Positions 45,326-54,423 of a stretch of DNA of 64,000 bases are shown here, in pieces. The notes under the pieces are model-generated. The model worked only from the letters and a program-made list of their open reading frames with translations. It did no database searches and was not told the origin of the DNA. This DNA is from Minisyncoccota bacterium (GTDB lineage: Bacteria > Patescibacteriota > Minisyncoccia > Phycocordibacterales > UBA6065): positions 64,479 through 128,478 of the forward strand of contig DASZXC010000003.1 in NCBI GenBank assembly GCA_035546035.1. The letters are read 5' to 3'. Position 1 is the first letter of the stretch; every line of letters starts with the position of its first letter. The position numbers and the translations under genes were made by a program.

Positions 45326-46617
45326 GATCAATGTCCCGATTTCAGCTGATTTTCACCGGCATCCTCGTCATCCTCGGTATTGGCGGCGTGGTTGCTTTTG
45401 CCGTATCTAAAAACAACTCTTCGCAGGGTCCGGCAGCCGTCGTCATGTGGGGATCGCTCGGCCAGGATGCCGTCCAAGCGTTCTTGAACAAGGTTGCTCC
45501 CGACCATCAGGACACGCTTAACGTCAGCTATGTATACAAGAGCCCCGCGACGTTCGAGTCGGATCTCGTGGCCGCTCTTGCCCGCGGCGCCGGTCCCGAC
45601 ATGGTGCTCCTTCCGCAGGACCTGATACTGAAGCAGAACGATAAATTCTATGTCATCCCGTTCGACAGCTATTCCGAGCGCACCTTTAAGGATTCGTTCA
45701 TCCAGGAAGGCGAGCTCTTCCTGAACAAAGACGGCATCGTCGGCCTTCCGTTCTCGATAGACCCTCTCGTCATGTATTGGAACCGCGACATGTTCTCCGA
45801 TGCCGGCGTGTCCCAGCCGCCAGTGTCGTGGGCGCAGTTCTTCGACCTCGCGCCGAAGCTCACGACCAAGGCGTCGAACGGCGTCATAACCCAATCTGCC
45901 ATCGCCTTCGGCGAGGCGAGGAACGTCACTCATTTCAAGGACGTGCTCTCGCTCCTTTCCATCCAGGCGGGAACGCCGATCGTCGCGTATGACGCGCAAG
46001 GGAATCTGGCGAGCGTCTTCAATAGCCGCGGCAAGGGATTGGTCCCTGCCGAGGAAGCGCTTTCCTACTACACCGAATTCTCGAACCCGCTCAAGTCGTC
46101 TTATTCGTGGAACCGGTCGCTCGCCAATGACCGCACGTCGTTCATCGCCGGAACGCTCGCCGTATATTTCGGCTCCGCGAGCGAGCTCCGCGGCCTCCGT
46201 TCCGCCAATCCTAACCTCAATTTCGACGTCGCCATGGTCCCGCAGACCGAAGGCAAGAAGGCGACGTTCGGGGCGATGAATGCCATCGCCATTTTGAAGT
46301 CGTCCAAGAACATCGCCGCTTCGTTCGTCGCCGCGGCGACGCTCACGAGCCAGGCTTTAGATACCGAATGGGCGGCCGCGTCGGGATATCCGCCGGTGCA
46401 TCGCGCGCTTCTTTCGAAGACGCCGGGCGATGCCTACAACGCCGTCTTCTATCAGAGCGCGCTTGTTTCGAGCGGTTGGCTCGATCCGAACAGGGAAGCG
46501 ACGACGGAGATCTTCGGTCAATTGATAGAGAACGTCACGTCGGGCAAGCTCCGCGTATCCGAATCGGTCAATCAAGCGACCCAGGAGATAGGGACGCTTC
46601 TGCGCGCGAATCAATGA
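45322..46617 (+). CDS. signal-anchored extracellular solute-binding-like protein
   Basis: N-terminal TM anchor, then a 400-aa periplasmic-binding-protein-like domain. Confidence 0.45.
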   Translation: MRSMSRFQLIFTGILVILGIGGVVAFAVSKNNSSQGPAAVVMWGSLGQDAVQAFLNKVAPDHQDTLNVSYVYKSPATFESDLVAALARGAGPDMVLLPQDLILKQNDKFYVIPFDSYSERTFKDSFIQEGELFLNKDGIVGLPFSIDPLVMYWNRDMFSDAGVSQPPVSWAQFFDLAPKLTTKASNGVITQSAIAFGEARNVTHFKDVLSLLSIQAGTPIVAYDAQGNLASVFNSRGKGLVPAEEALSYYTEFSNPLKSSYSWNRSLANDRTSFIAGTLAVYFGSASELRGLRSANPNLNFDVAMVPQTEGKKATFGAMNAIAILKSSKNIAASFVAAATLTSQALDTEWAAASGYPPVHRALLSKTPGDAYNAVFYQSALVSSGWLDPNREATTEIFGQLIENVTSGKLRVSESVNQATQEIGTLLRANQ

Positions 46618-46618
46618 T

Positions 46619-47101
46619 ATGAAATCCCTGAACAAAATAGTGCGGGTCATGTCGGCCGCGGCGGCATCGTTCGCTCTCGCTTTCATTTTTACCGCTTCCG
46701 CTGCCCATGCCCAGGGAGTCCAGGGCAAAGTCGGCACCGACGACCCGACCAAGAGCGAATTCCAGGTCGTCTCCTGCAATCCGACCTATAACCCTGCGAC
46801 GGGGAAGCTCGATAACGACTGCGATTTCCAGCAGCTCGTCGCCACGGCGTATCGCATCGTCAAATACATGCTGTTCCTCATCATCCCGGTCGTCGCCCTC
46901 ATGATCCTCTGGACCGGCTTCAAATACATGACCGCGGGTGGCGACGCCAATGCCGTCGCCGACGCCAAGCGCATGCTGAAGCCGATCGCCGTCGGCGTAT
47001 TCCTCATATTCGCGGCATGGCTCATCGTCTATACGATACTCGACAAGTTCCTCGCTCCGGCCGTCGGCGATATCCAGAAGTCGAGCATCATAGGAAAATA
47101 A
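46619..47101 (+). CDS. pilin-like small protein paralog 1 (VirB2/TrbC-like two-helix fold, putative)
   Basis: Signal peptide, Cys-containing extracellular segment, hydrophobic helix, short charged loop AGGDANAVADAK, second hydrophobic helix. Confidence 0.4.
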   Translation: MKSLNKIVRVMSAAAASFALAFIFTASAAHAQGVQGKVGTDDPTKSEFQVVSCNPTYNPATGKLDNDCDFQQLVATAYRIVKYMLFLIIPVVALMILWTGFKYMTAGGDANAVADAKRMLKPIAVGVFLIFAAWLIVYTILDKFLAPAVGDIQKSSIIGK

Positions 47102-47110
47102 TAGAATCAC

Positions 47111-47575
47111 ATGAAAAAGATCATTTACGCGCTCGCTCTCGTTTCGGTCCTCGTTCCGGCATTGGCGCATGCCCAGCAGCTTCAGCCGGTCGGACAGACG
47201 CCGACGCAGACTCTCGGCAATGGATCTGCCGGAGTCGGCCCTGGTTCGCAGAGCGCAGGAAATAATTCTCAATCGCTGGGGGGAAGCGACGCTCCTTCCG
47301 GCTTGGCCGCTCTTCCGAATCCTCTTTCCGGGGTGAACAGCATTTCAGACCTCATATACAAAGTGATACAGGTCGTTGTAGACATAAGCTATGTCGTCGT
47401 CGCGTTCTTCCTTCTCCTTTCGGGCTTCAAATTCATCACCGCGCAGGGAAGCGACAAGAAGCTCGACGAAGCAAAAAGCACTTTCTTCTATACTATCATC
47501 GGCGCAGCGCTCGTCATCGGCGCGCAGGTCATCGTGAGCATCCTCCAGGGCATATTCAACGGATTAAATTCATAG
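47111..47575 (+). CDS. pilin-like small protein paralog 2
   Basis: Signal peptide, Gly/Ser/Gln-rich segment, helix, loop AQGSDKKLDEAK, second helix. Hairpin terminator at 47582-47610. Confidence 0.4.
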   Translation: MKKIIYALALVSVLVPALAHAQQLQPVGQTPTQTLGNGSAGVGPGSQSAGNNSQSLGGSDAPSGLAALPNPLSGVNSISDLIYKVIQVVVDISYVVVAFFLLLSGFKFITAQGSDKKLDEAKSTFFYTIIGAALVIGAQVIVSILQGIFNGLNS

Positions 47576-47620
47576 ATAAAAAGGCCGGACAGATGATGTC
47601 CGGCCTTGAGTTCCATCGAG

Positions 47621-48535
47621 CTATTTTTTGACCCGGATGGAAAAGCTGTCATTTCTCGAATAGAACGAGACTCCCGTCGCATCGGTCGGCAGCATGAAGC
47701 CTCCGCTCACGGGCACTTCGACGTCGATCGTCCTCCAGCCGGTCAGATTAAGACGGGCATAGAGGCCGTATTTCGCTGAAACGCTCACGCGTCCGGCGCG
47801 CACCTCGCGCGCCGAGAATTCGCGCGAGAGCTGTCCCGGGGCGAGCTCGTACATGACGTATTCGCTGCCTCTGGACGAAGCCGATCCGACGGCGACGGGC
47901 CGCAAGCCGTCTTCGTCATAGAGCGACGAGACCTGCGGGACCTGTTGCGCCGGAGGCCGCGCTTCGACGGCGACCTGGCGCTCTGCGCCATTCGCGACGC
48001 TCGCATTCGGAGGCGGAATGCCGGTCGTCCCTGCCGGAGCGGGTGATTCGACGCGGGAGCGGACTTCGGCGAGCCGTTTAGACAGATCATCGAGCGACTG
48101 GTTCAGGGCGGCCCGATTGCTGTCATTCGCGGCCGCAGCGTCTTGGAATCTCTTTCCTTGATCGATGACGGATTGGCGCGTCTTTTCGCCGTCGGTGACG
48201 ACGATGCCCGCGAGGCTGGTCACCGAATCGGTCAGAGCCTTGAGCTCTTTCTGCGATGTGAGCGCCGCGAGCGCCTGGCGCGTCTTTTCGCCGTCTTCGG
48301 CGATTTCCTTTTTCATCTCCGCCGCCGCTCCCGCCCCGTCGGCCTTGTTCGGCCGAAGGCCGAGAAGGGCGATGAGCGTGACGATGAGGAGGACGAGGGT
48401 CGCGGCTGAAACGCCGAGAACCGCGATCGCGATCGCCGGGGAGCCCCTGGTCTGGGGCTCGTCCGGATCGGTGGGGAGCCCGTCTCCCGATCTGGACCCT
48501 TCTTCAGGGGTTTCCGAGGAATGTGATGGTTTCAT
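47621..48535 (-). CDS. hypothetical membrane-anchored coiled-coil protein
   Basis: Acidic N-terminus, one TM helix, Ala/Glu-rich coiled-coil, beta-rich C-terminus. Confidence 0.35.
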   Translation of the reverse strand: MKPSHSSETPEEGSRSGDGLPTDPDEPQTRGSPAIAIAVLGVSAATLVLLIVTLIALLGLRPNKADGAGAAAEMKKEIAEDGEKTRQALAALTSQKELKALTDSVTSLAGIVVTDGEKTRQSVIDQGKRFQDAAAANDSNRAALNQSLDDLSKRLAEVRSRVESPAPAGTTGIPPPNASVANGAERQVAVEARPPAQQVPQVSSLYDEDGLRPVAVGSASSRGSEYVMYELAPGQLSREFSAREVRAGRVSVSAKYGLYARLNLTGWRTIDVEVPVSGGFMLPTDATGVSFYSRNDSFSIRVKK

Positions 48536-48613
48536 AAGAGTGTGCTTGTTCCGACTTTACTACGTACGGCTGTGGTATAATGTATCCACCTATTAGGAAG
48601 GAATAAAAGCACT

Positions 48614-49000
48614 ATGAAGAAAGCATTTTTGAAGCCGTCGTTGGTCCTGGGCGCGGCCCTTTCAGTCTTCGGCGCCAATGCCGCTCTTGCCGCCGACGCC
48701 TCGATATCGAGCTCGTGCAGCAACCTCGCCTCGTCGGGACTAGGCGGTCTCGTGGGCTGTATCATCGGTATCCTCGACAATATAACGGTCATCATCATCG
48801 CCGCGTCGGTCGTCTACATCATCTGGGGCGCTTTCAATATGATCAAAAGCGAGGAAAAGAGGGAATCGGGCCGCCAGACCGTCGTCTACGGCATCATCGG
48901 CCTTTTCGCTATGATCTCGATCTGGGGCTTCGTGAATATCCTCAACAATACCTTCAACCTCAAGCAGGACTACATCCAGCCTCCTAAATTCCATCCGTAA
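48614..49000 (+). CDS. pilin-like small protein paralog 3
   Basis: Signal peptide, two Cys, helix, loop KSEEKRESGRQ, second helix (IWGFVNILNNTF). Confidence 0.4.
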   Translation: MKKAFLKPSLVLGAALSVFGANAALAADASISSSCSNLASSGLGGLVGCIIGILDNITVIIIAASVVYIIWGAFNMIKSEEKRESGRQTVVYGIIGLFAMISIWGFVNILNNTFNLKQDYIQPPKFHP

Positions 49001-49099
49001 TATCCGTAGGGCGGATTATCCCCATATATCGTGTAGAGCCTTCTTTTTCCTGCTACAATAAAGGAGCAAAGCTCTTATCCGAGCGGCATTAATAGTTTT

Positions 49100-49477
49100 T
49101 TGATCACTATGAAAAAATTCAGTTACATGGCGGCTCTTTCGGCGGCGCTCCCGTTCTCGGCGGCGGCCGCTCCGATAACCGACATTTGGAGCATATTCCG
49201 TTTTGTTCAGAGCCTCCTCAACACGATCCTGCCCCTCATTATCGCAGCGGCGGTCGTATGGTTCGTATGGAGCATGTTCCAGCTCTTCCTCGCGGGCGAT
49301 GCGGAAGAGAAGAAGGAGAAGGCGAAGACCAACATCATCTACGGCGTCGTCGCTATCTTCGTGATGGTCTCCATCTGGGGCCTCGTCAACATCCTCGTCA
49401 ACACGTTCGGCTTGAGCAACCAGTCTCCGACGACGAACGGCACCAACCAGCTCCCGAACATTCCGATCAACGGCTAA
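49100..49477 (+). CDS. pilin-like small protein paralog 4
   Basis: Signal peptide, helix, loop AGDAEEKKEKAK, second helix (IWGLVNILVNTF, near-identical to paralog 3). Confidence 0.4.
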   Translation: MITMKKFSYMAALSAALPFSAAAAPITDIWSIFRFVQSLLNTILPLIIAAAVVWFVWSMFQLFLAGDAEEKKEKAKTNIIYGVVAIFVMVSIWGLVNILVNTFGLSNQSPTTNGTNQLPNIPING

Positions 49478-49493
49478 CTAGCACGAGCGGATC

Positions 49494-49742
49494 ATGGATA
49501 CGCTGAACCAGCCGATAGTCCAAAAGCTCTTCTCGCTGGTCGTCGATCCCTTGATCCAGCTCATCTTCGCCGCGGCCGTAGTCTATTTCCTCTGGGGAGT
49601 ATTCAAATACATCCAGGCGGCGGATGATCCGGACGAAAGGATACAAGGCGGCAAGCACATCATCTGGAGCGTCATAGGGCTCTTCATCATGATCTCGGTC
49701 TGGGGAATCATAGCGGTGATCAAACGGACGATAGGGGTATAG
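49494..49742 (+). CDS. pilin-like small protein paralog 5 (no signal peptide)
   Basis: Helix, loop AADDPDERIQGGK, second helix (VWGIIAVIKRTIG). Hairpin terminator at 49753-49783. Confidence 0.35.
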   Translation: MDTLNQPIVQKLFSLVVDPLIQLIFAAAVVYFLWGVFKYIQAADDPDERIQGGKHIIWSVIGLFIMISVWGIIAVIKRTIGV

Positions 49743-49794
49743 AGCAATAAAAAAGGGGCGAAGCTTACGGCTTCGCCCCTTTGAATTATCCGAA

Positions 49795-50340
49795 CTAATA
49801 GTTCGAATCGACGGTGAACGTCACATCTCCATCGGGAATGAACCTCGCATAGACCGCTTTGCGCCAGACGCGACCGGTTTGGTCGTCCAGGCGCACGAGC
49901 TTTCCGTCAGCGGAGACCTCGTAAAAGGTCTCGCTCTCGTTCCGGAACTTCCGTTTCACCCCGTTAGAGTCTTGCAACTCGTAGGTGACCTTTTCGTCCG
50001 CGGGAACGATGTGGATCCATTTTCCGACGATGCTTATCCAGGGCGACGTCGCCCCTGCCTGCACCTGGTACGGCTTGCCGATCATGAGATCGGGCATGCC
50101 GCCGACCGGGACGGGCTGGGGGATGAGGGCCGCCGGGCTTGCGCTCGTCGTCCGTTTTTCTCGCGTATCAGACATTTGTGTGTCGCCGCGCGAGCCGTGA
50201 CCTGATATTGCTACGACGCAGAACCCACCCCATAGGATAAGAAGGAAGCCTAGGAGACCGAGTGTGATCCGGTTCTTGGTCGACTTATTGCCTGAAGGAG
50301 TAGACGCCGTTTTCTGTGCGGGGCTTACTGTTGCAGCCAT
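49795..50340 (-). CDS. hypothetical membrane-anchored protein
   Basis: 181 aa with an N-terminal TM anchor. Confidence 0.3.
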   Translation of the reverse strand: MAATVSPAQKTASTPSGNKSTKNRITLGLLGFLLILWGGFCVVAISGHGSRGDTQMSDTREKRTTSASPAALIPQPVPVGGMPDLMIGKPYQVQAGATSPWISIVGKWIHIVPADEKVTYELQDSNGVKRKFRNESETFYEVSADGKLVRLDDQTGRVWRKAVYARFIPDGDVTFTVDSNY

Positions 50341-50342
50341 GT

Positions 50343-51515
50343 TTAACGGTTCCTTTTCTTTCTGTCGTTACGGTTTCCATTTCCCTGGCCTCCGCCTTGT
50401 CCGCCGCCGGCGCCGATGAAGGCGCCGGCGCCAAGAGCGACGGTTCTTGCGTGTTCCAGTCCCACGAAATGATGGACATTTTCCTGTCGGACCAACTCCA
50501 TCGCGCCGCTTATCGCCATCGCTCCTTGAAACGACAGATTAGGATCAACGCCGAGTTCTTTATATCTCCGCGTGTTCTCCTCGACAAGCTCGCCTTGAGG
50601 CTTGGCCCTTATCACTTCTTTCGCCGCGGGATCGTTACAGAGGATGCTTCGAAGCCTGGGCGAAATAACGCTTACGCCGAGCCTGTGCTCAAACTCCGTC
50701 ACCTCTCCGTCACTCTTGAAGAGTTTCCGGACCCATTGACTGACGTCCCCGGCGTGTGTGAGAAGCGTCTGGAGCTTGTACTTGCCGCCGATGATGCTCA
50801 GTCTGCTGTTCATTACCGCACGTATACGGCTTTCGCGGACTTCGGGCTTGTAGCGAAGGAAATTCCTGATCCCCTCCGCGTCTTCAAGCGGTCTCGCCAG
50901 CAATTCCCATTCCAGATCGCATTGATATGGATCGTTCGTAGAAATCCTGAGCGAAGACGTCTTTTTCTCATCCTGATCGTACATAGCAGATATCTTGATT
51001 TCGTCGTTACGGAAATCGATCGTTTGTTGGAGGCTCATCCATGGAGCGATCACGTAGAACCCGAGCTTGTAGGCAAAGAGTTCGCCCGTGAACTCGTCCA
51101 TGTAGACCTCTGCCTTCATCATGTCGACTCCGATGAGGAATCGATGGATGGTGAAGTGCATAACGATGACCGTGAGGACGAGCGTCGCCATTACGGAATG
51201 CAGAAAAACAAGTCCATAAAGGTAGCGCAAGATGCCGAACGGCACGAAGAGCACGAGCGAGACATAGATCAGGGCGATCAGAATATGATTCGTATCACCC
51301 CAACCTTTTTCGATCACCGTAACATGGACATTGTCGCCATCGGGGTCGGTTCCGGCCTTGCGGCCTTCGTCTTCCTCGATCTGGTCATAATCCGGCAGAT
51401 CGATCGCTTCTTGCGGCGTTTCCGCCGCGGGCACTATCGCTGACGTCGCTGGAGCGGCGGTCGGGGCCGCTTTCGGTTCCGTCGGTTGTTCTGGCGTTTC
51501 ATCTGGCATTTTCAA
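50343..51515 (-). CDS. SPFH/band-7 (stomatin/flotillin-like) domain protein with Gly-rich basic tail
   Basis: Acidic N-terminus, TM hairpin, SPFH-like core, C-terminal GAGGGQGGGQGNGNRNDRKKRNR. Confidence 0.45.
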   Translation of the reverse strand: MKMPDETPEQPTEPKAAPTAAPATSAIVPAAETPQEAIDLPDYDQIEEDEGRKAGTDPDGDNVHVTVIEKGWGDTNHILIALIYVSLVLFVPFGILRYLYGLVFLHSVMATLVLTVIVMHFTIHRFLIGVDMMKAEVYMDEFTGELFAYKLGFYVIAPWMSLQQTIDFRNDEIKISAMYDQDEKKTSSLRISTNDPYQCDLEWELLARPLEDAEGIRNFLRYKPEVRESRIRAVMNSRLSIIGGKYKLQTLLTHAGDVSQWVRKLFKSDGEVTEFEHRLGVSVISPRLRSILCNDPAAKEVIRAKPQGELVEENTRRYKELGVDPNLSFQGAMAISGAMELVRQENVHHFVGLEHARTVALGAGAFIGAGGGQGGGQGNGNRNDRKKRNR

Positions 51516-51689
51516 TCCTTTCGTTGAGTTTCAGTGTTGAAGATGTGGTTTCTTGTCAAAAGAGCAGGGAGGGAGACCCTCCAAACTCGAACTGGTTCGG
51601 GTATAATTATATACTATTTATTGGCAAAAGTCAAATAGTATCGAGCGCCTAGCCAGGCCGCATCCAAGCCCTATTTCGGCCTTGTTTTG

Positions 51690-51771
51690 TGGGCACGGAG
51701 AGACTCGAACTCTCAATCCGTGAGGAACCGGTTCCTAAGACCGGCGCGTATACCAATTCCGCCACGTGCCC
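51690..51771 (-). tRNA. tRNA-Leu (anticodon TAG)
   Basis: Reverse complement GGGCACGTGGCGGAATTGGTA...CTTAGGA...long variable arm...GAGTTCGAGTCTCTCCGTGCCCA. Confidence 0.75.
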
Positions 51772-52130
51772 ATGAGAAAGAGCTTAGCACACTGATTGAC
51801 GTATGCCGACGCCTGTGTAATCTGGGGTCAAACGCTCCTTATATGCATCAAAGACCACGCTGGGGAAATTGTCTTCTCATGGCACTTCTCGCATTCGCGA
51901 AGGATCCTTTCTCTTGCAGTATCTATAGGTCCGTCGACAAGAAGGGCAGATCCCATTTCTTCTGGAGAACCGGAAAAGGATTCTTCGGATTCTGCCCTCT
52001 GCGCGAGCTGCCCGATACCAAGCTCGCCAGATATTGGTATCGGGGGGAGGGAGAGGCAGATAATCGCCTTCGTCTCTCTGGCGGAATCCTCCGCGGTACA
52101 GAAGTCCTTAGAAGGACTAATGAAGGATTT

Positions 52131-52170
52131 CAACCGACACGCAGCTTGAGAGCGTGCCGGTTTTTTTTAT
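52131..52170 (+). terminator. rho-independent terminator (plus strand) ending an unassigned 390-bp segment
   Basis: ccgacacgc agcttgaga gcgtgccgg followed by tttttttt. Confidence 0.55.
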
Positions 52171-52172
52171 TG

Positions 52173-52245
52173 TCCGCCCTGTAGGGATCGAACCTACGAC
52201 CTTATCCTTAAGAGGGATCTGCTCTACCAACTGAGCTAAGGGCGG
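52173..52245 (-). tRNA. tRNA-Lys (anticodon CTT)
   Basis: Reverse complement CCGCCCTTAGCTCAGTTGGTAGAGC..CTCTTAA..GGTTCGATCCCTACAGGGCGGA. One mismatch at the top of the anticodon stem. Confidence 0.6.
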
Positions 52246-52306
52246 ATATCTGCATTCGGCGCCTGAAAAATGTAACAGAAAAAGCGCCGCATGGCAATTT
52301 TCCGGG

Positions 52307-52393
52307 TGCCTGGGGTGGGCATCGAACCCACATGCCTTGTTTAAGGGCGAGGGATTTTAAGTCCCTTGCGTATACCAATTCCGCCACCCAGGC
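52307..52393 (-). tRNA. tRNA-Leu (anticodon TAA)
   Basis: Reverse complement GCCTGGGTGGCGGAATTGGTATACGC AAGGGACTTAAAATCCCT, long variable arm, GTGGGTTCGATGCCCAC CCCAGGCA. Confidence 0.75.
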
Positions 52394-52397
52394 AGTG

Positions 52398-52469
52398 AGG
52401 CCACGGCGGGAATCGAACCCGCGCATAGCGGTTTTGCAGACCGCCGAATTACCACTTTTCTACGTGGCC
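52398..52469 (-). tRNA. tRNA-Cys (anticodon GCA)
   Basis: Reverse complement GGCCACGTAGAAAAGTGGTAATTCGGCGGTCTGCAAAACCGC..GCGGGTTCGATTCCCGCCGTGGCCT. Confidence 0.7.
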
Positions 52470-52499
52470 TGTATGAAAGCCAGTATAGGATAAAGTGGC

Positions 52500-52823
52500 C
52501 TATTTCGCTAACCCTTCGTCTATGCGCTGGCGCGCTTTTTCGCCGAAATCTATCTCGAAATCGAAGAACGGAATGCGCATGAGGCGCGCCTTCTCTTTGA
52601 CATAGTCGCGGAATTCGGAGCGATTCCGTTTCAGGAAGTCGAGCGCGGCTTCTTCCTTGTCCAAAGGCATGACGGTGAAGAATATGGTGACGCGGTTCGA
52701 GCGCTCTGCGGCTTCGACGCGGGTAACAGTGATGAGCGAGGTGCGGTTCGAATTGGCCGAGAGGAACTCTGCGGCAAGGTGGCGGACGATCTCTTCGAAA
52801 CGTTCTTTTTTGAGGTCGGGCAT
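52500..52823 (-). CDS. rbfA: ribosome-binding factor A
   Basis: 107-aa KH-like protein (RVTIFFTVMPLDKEEAAL) directly downstream of infB. Confidence 0.75.
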   Translation of the reverse strand: MPDLKKERFEEIVRHLAAEFLSANSNRTSLITVTRVEAAERSNRVTIFFTVMPLDKEEAALDFLKRNRSEFRDYVKEKARLMRIPFFDFEIDFGEKARQRIDEGLAK

Positions 52824-52838
52824 ATCTTTAATGCGGCG

Positions 52839-54392
52839 TTATTTTTCCACGACGGTGAAATCCTCGATGACGTCGCCGGGGGCGATCTCCATCTTCGCTT
52901 CGATCATGGCCCCGAATTCGAAGCCTTGCTGGACGGATGAGGTCTTCACTTTTGCCTGCTGGAGCTCGCGGATGAGGCCGTCGCCGATGACGGTCTCGCG
53001 GCGGATGATCTTTACGCGGTGGCCGAGCGCGATCTCGCGATCGATGACCTTGCCGCCGACGATCTGCTTGTCTTTGGTGCGGCTGAAGAATTTGAGGATC
53101 TTGGCGGAGCCCATAGTCTCCTCGACCTGGACCTTCGGCGCACGCTCTTTGACGCGCTCTTCGAGCCATTCGCGGAGGTCGTAGATGATGTCGAACGTCG
53201 CCTGGGCGATGCCGAGGCGCTCGATCATGGCCGCGGCCTGGCTGTCGGTTTTGACGTTGAAGCCGACGACGAGGGCCTGGCTGTTCGCGCCTGCGCCTTT
53301 GATGTCGGATTCGGTGATGTCGCCGATGGACGCGAGCACGGTCTTGAGGCTGACGCGCTCGCTCTGTATCTTGGCGATTTCGTGCTCGATCGCTTCGACC
53401 GAGCCCTGCACGTCGGCTTTGATGATGAGGGGGAGGATGAGCTTTTCGGCTTTCTCTTCGGCGGGCGCCATGCCGGGAACGGGTTTCGGCCTCTTTTCCG
53501 CCTCTGCCGCCATCTCTACGTATTCTTCGAACTCTCTTTTATTCGAGAACGATAGGAACGAAGAGCCGACCTGCGGAGCCTTGTTCCAACCGACCAATCG
53601 GATCGGTGCGGAGAACGTCGCTTCGGTTATTTTCTTGCCTGAGTGGTTCTCGAGGATACGGGTAGGGGAGAAAGCCGAGCCTGCCGCGACGAACATGCCG
53701 GGGCCGATGGAGCCGTCCTTGATGACGAGCGTCGCCGATATGCCTTTCTTCGGGTCGCGATGCGCTTCGATGACCGCGCCTTCAGCCGGTTTAGACGCGT
53801 CGCCTTTGAGGTCCGCGACATCGGCCGACAATATGATGAGGTCGAGCAGTTCGTCTACGCCCTGGCCGGTCTTTGCCGATATCGGAACGAACGATATGTC
53901 GCCGCCGTATCCTTCGACGTATATTCCCGCTTCGGCGAGAGAGACTTTGGTGCGGTCTACGTTGGCTGCGGGCTTGTCTATCTTGTTTATAGCGACGATA
54001 AAGGGAACTTTGGCTTTCTTGATCTCGTTATATGCGTCTATCGTCTGCGGCTTTACGCCGTCTTCTGCCGATACGACGAGGATAGCGACGTCTGCGGTCG
54101 TCGCGCCGCGCTCGCGCATGCCTGAAAACGCTTCGTGGCCGGGGGTGTCTATGAACGTGATCTTTTGCGCGCCGTCTTTGGTCTGACGCTCGACTTCATA
54201 TGCCGAAATGCGCTGGGTGATGCCGCCCGCTTCGTTTTCGACGATGTTCGTCTTCCTTATATAGTCGAGGAGGGTCGACTTGCCGTGGTCGATATGGCCG
54301 AGGATAGCGACGACAGGAGGGCGCTTGGAAAGAACGCCTGCAGAAGCGCCGGAAGTACCGCCTTTATTCTGCTGTGTTTTCTTTCCTGCCAT
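52839..54392 (-). CDS. infB: translation initiation factor IF-2 (short form lacking the N-terminal extension)
   Basis: G-domain AILGHIDHGKSTLLD, DTPGHEAF, NKIDK, followed by IF-2 beta-barrel domains. Confidence 0.85.
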   Translation of the reverse strand: MAGKKTQQNKGGTSGASAGVLSKRPPVVAILGHIDHGKSTLLDYIRKTNIVENEAGGITQRISAYEVERQTKDGAQKITFIDTPGHEAFSGMRERGATTADVAILVVSAEDGVKPQTIDAYNEIKKAKVPFIVAINKIDKPAANVDRTKVSLAEAGIYVEGYGGDISFVPISAKTGQGVDELLDLIILSADVADLKGDASKPAEGAVIEAHRDPKKGISATLVIKDGSIGPGMFVAAGSAFSPTRILENHSGKKITEATFSAPIRLVGWNKAPQVGSSFLSFSNKREFEEYVEMAAEAEKRPKPVPGMAPAEEKAEKLILPLIIKADVQGSVEAIEHEIAKIQSERVSLKTVLASIGDITESDIKGAGANSQALVVGFNVKTDSQAAAMIERLGIAQATFDIIYDLREWLEERVKERAPKVQVEETMGSAKILKFFSRTKDKQIVGGKVIDREIALGHRVKIIRRETVIGDGLIRELQQAKVKTSSVQQGFEFGAMIEAKMEIAPGDVIEDFTVVEK

Positions 54393-54423
54393 AGTGGTGA
54401 AAAATGATACGCCGTCATCGAAG

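Noticed and set aside
51687-52184. 165-aa plus-strand ORF overlapping tRNA-Leu(TAG) and the following unassigned region
   Set aside because: It starts inside a tRNA gene on the opposite strand and has Arg/Cys-rich low-complexity composition. It is discussed instead as a possible ncRNA or small-protein locus.
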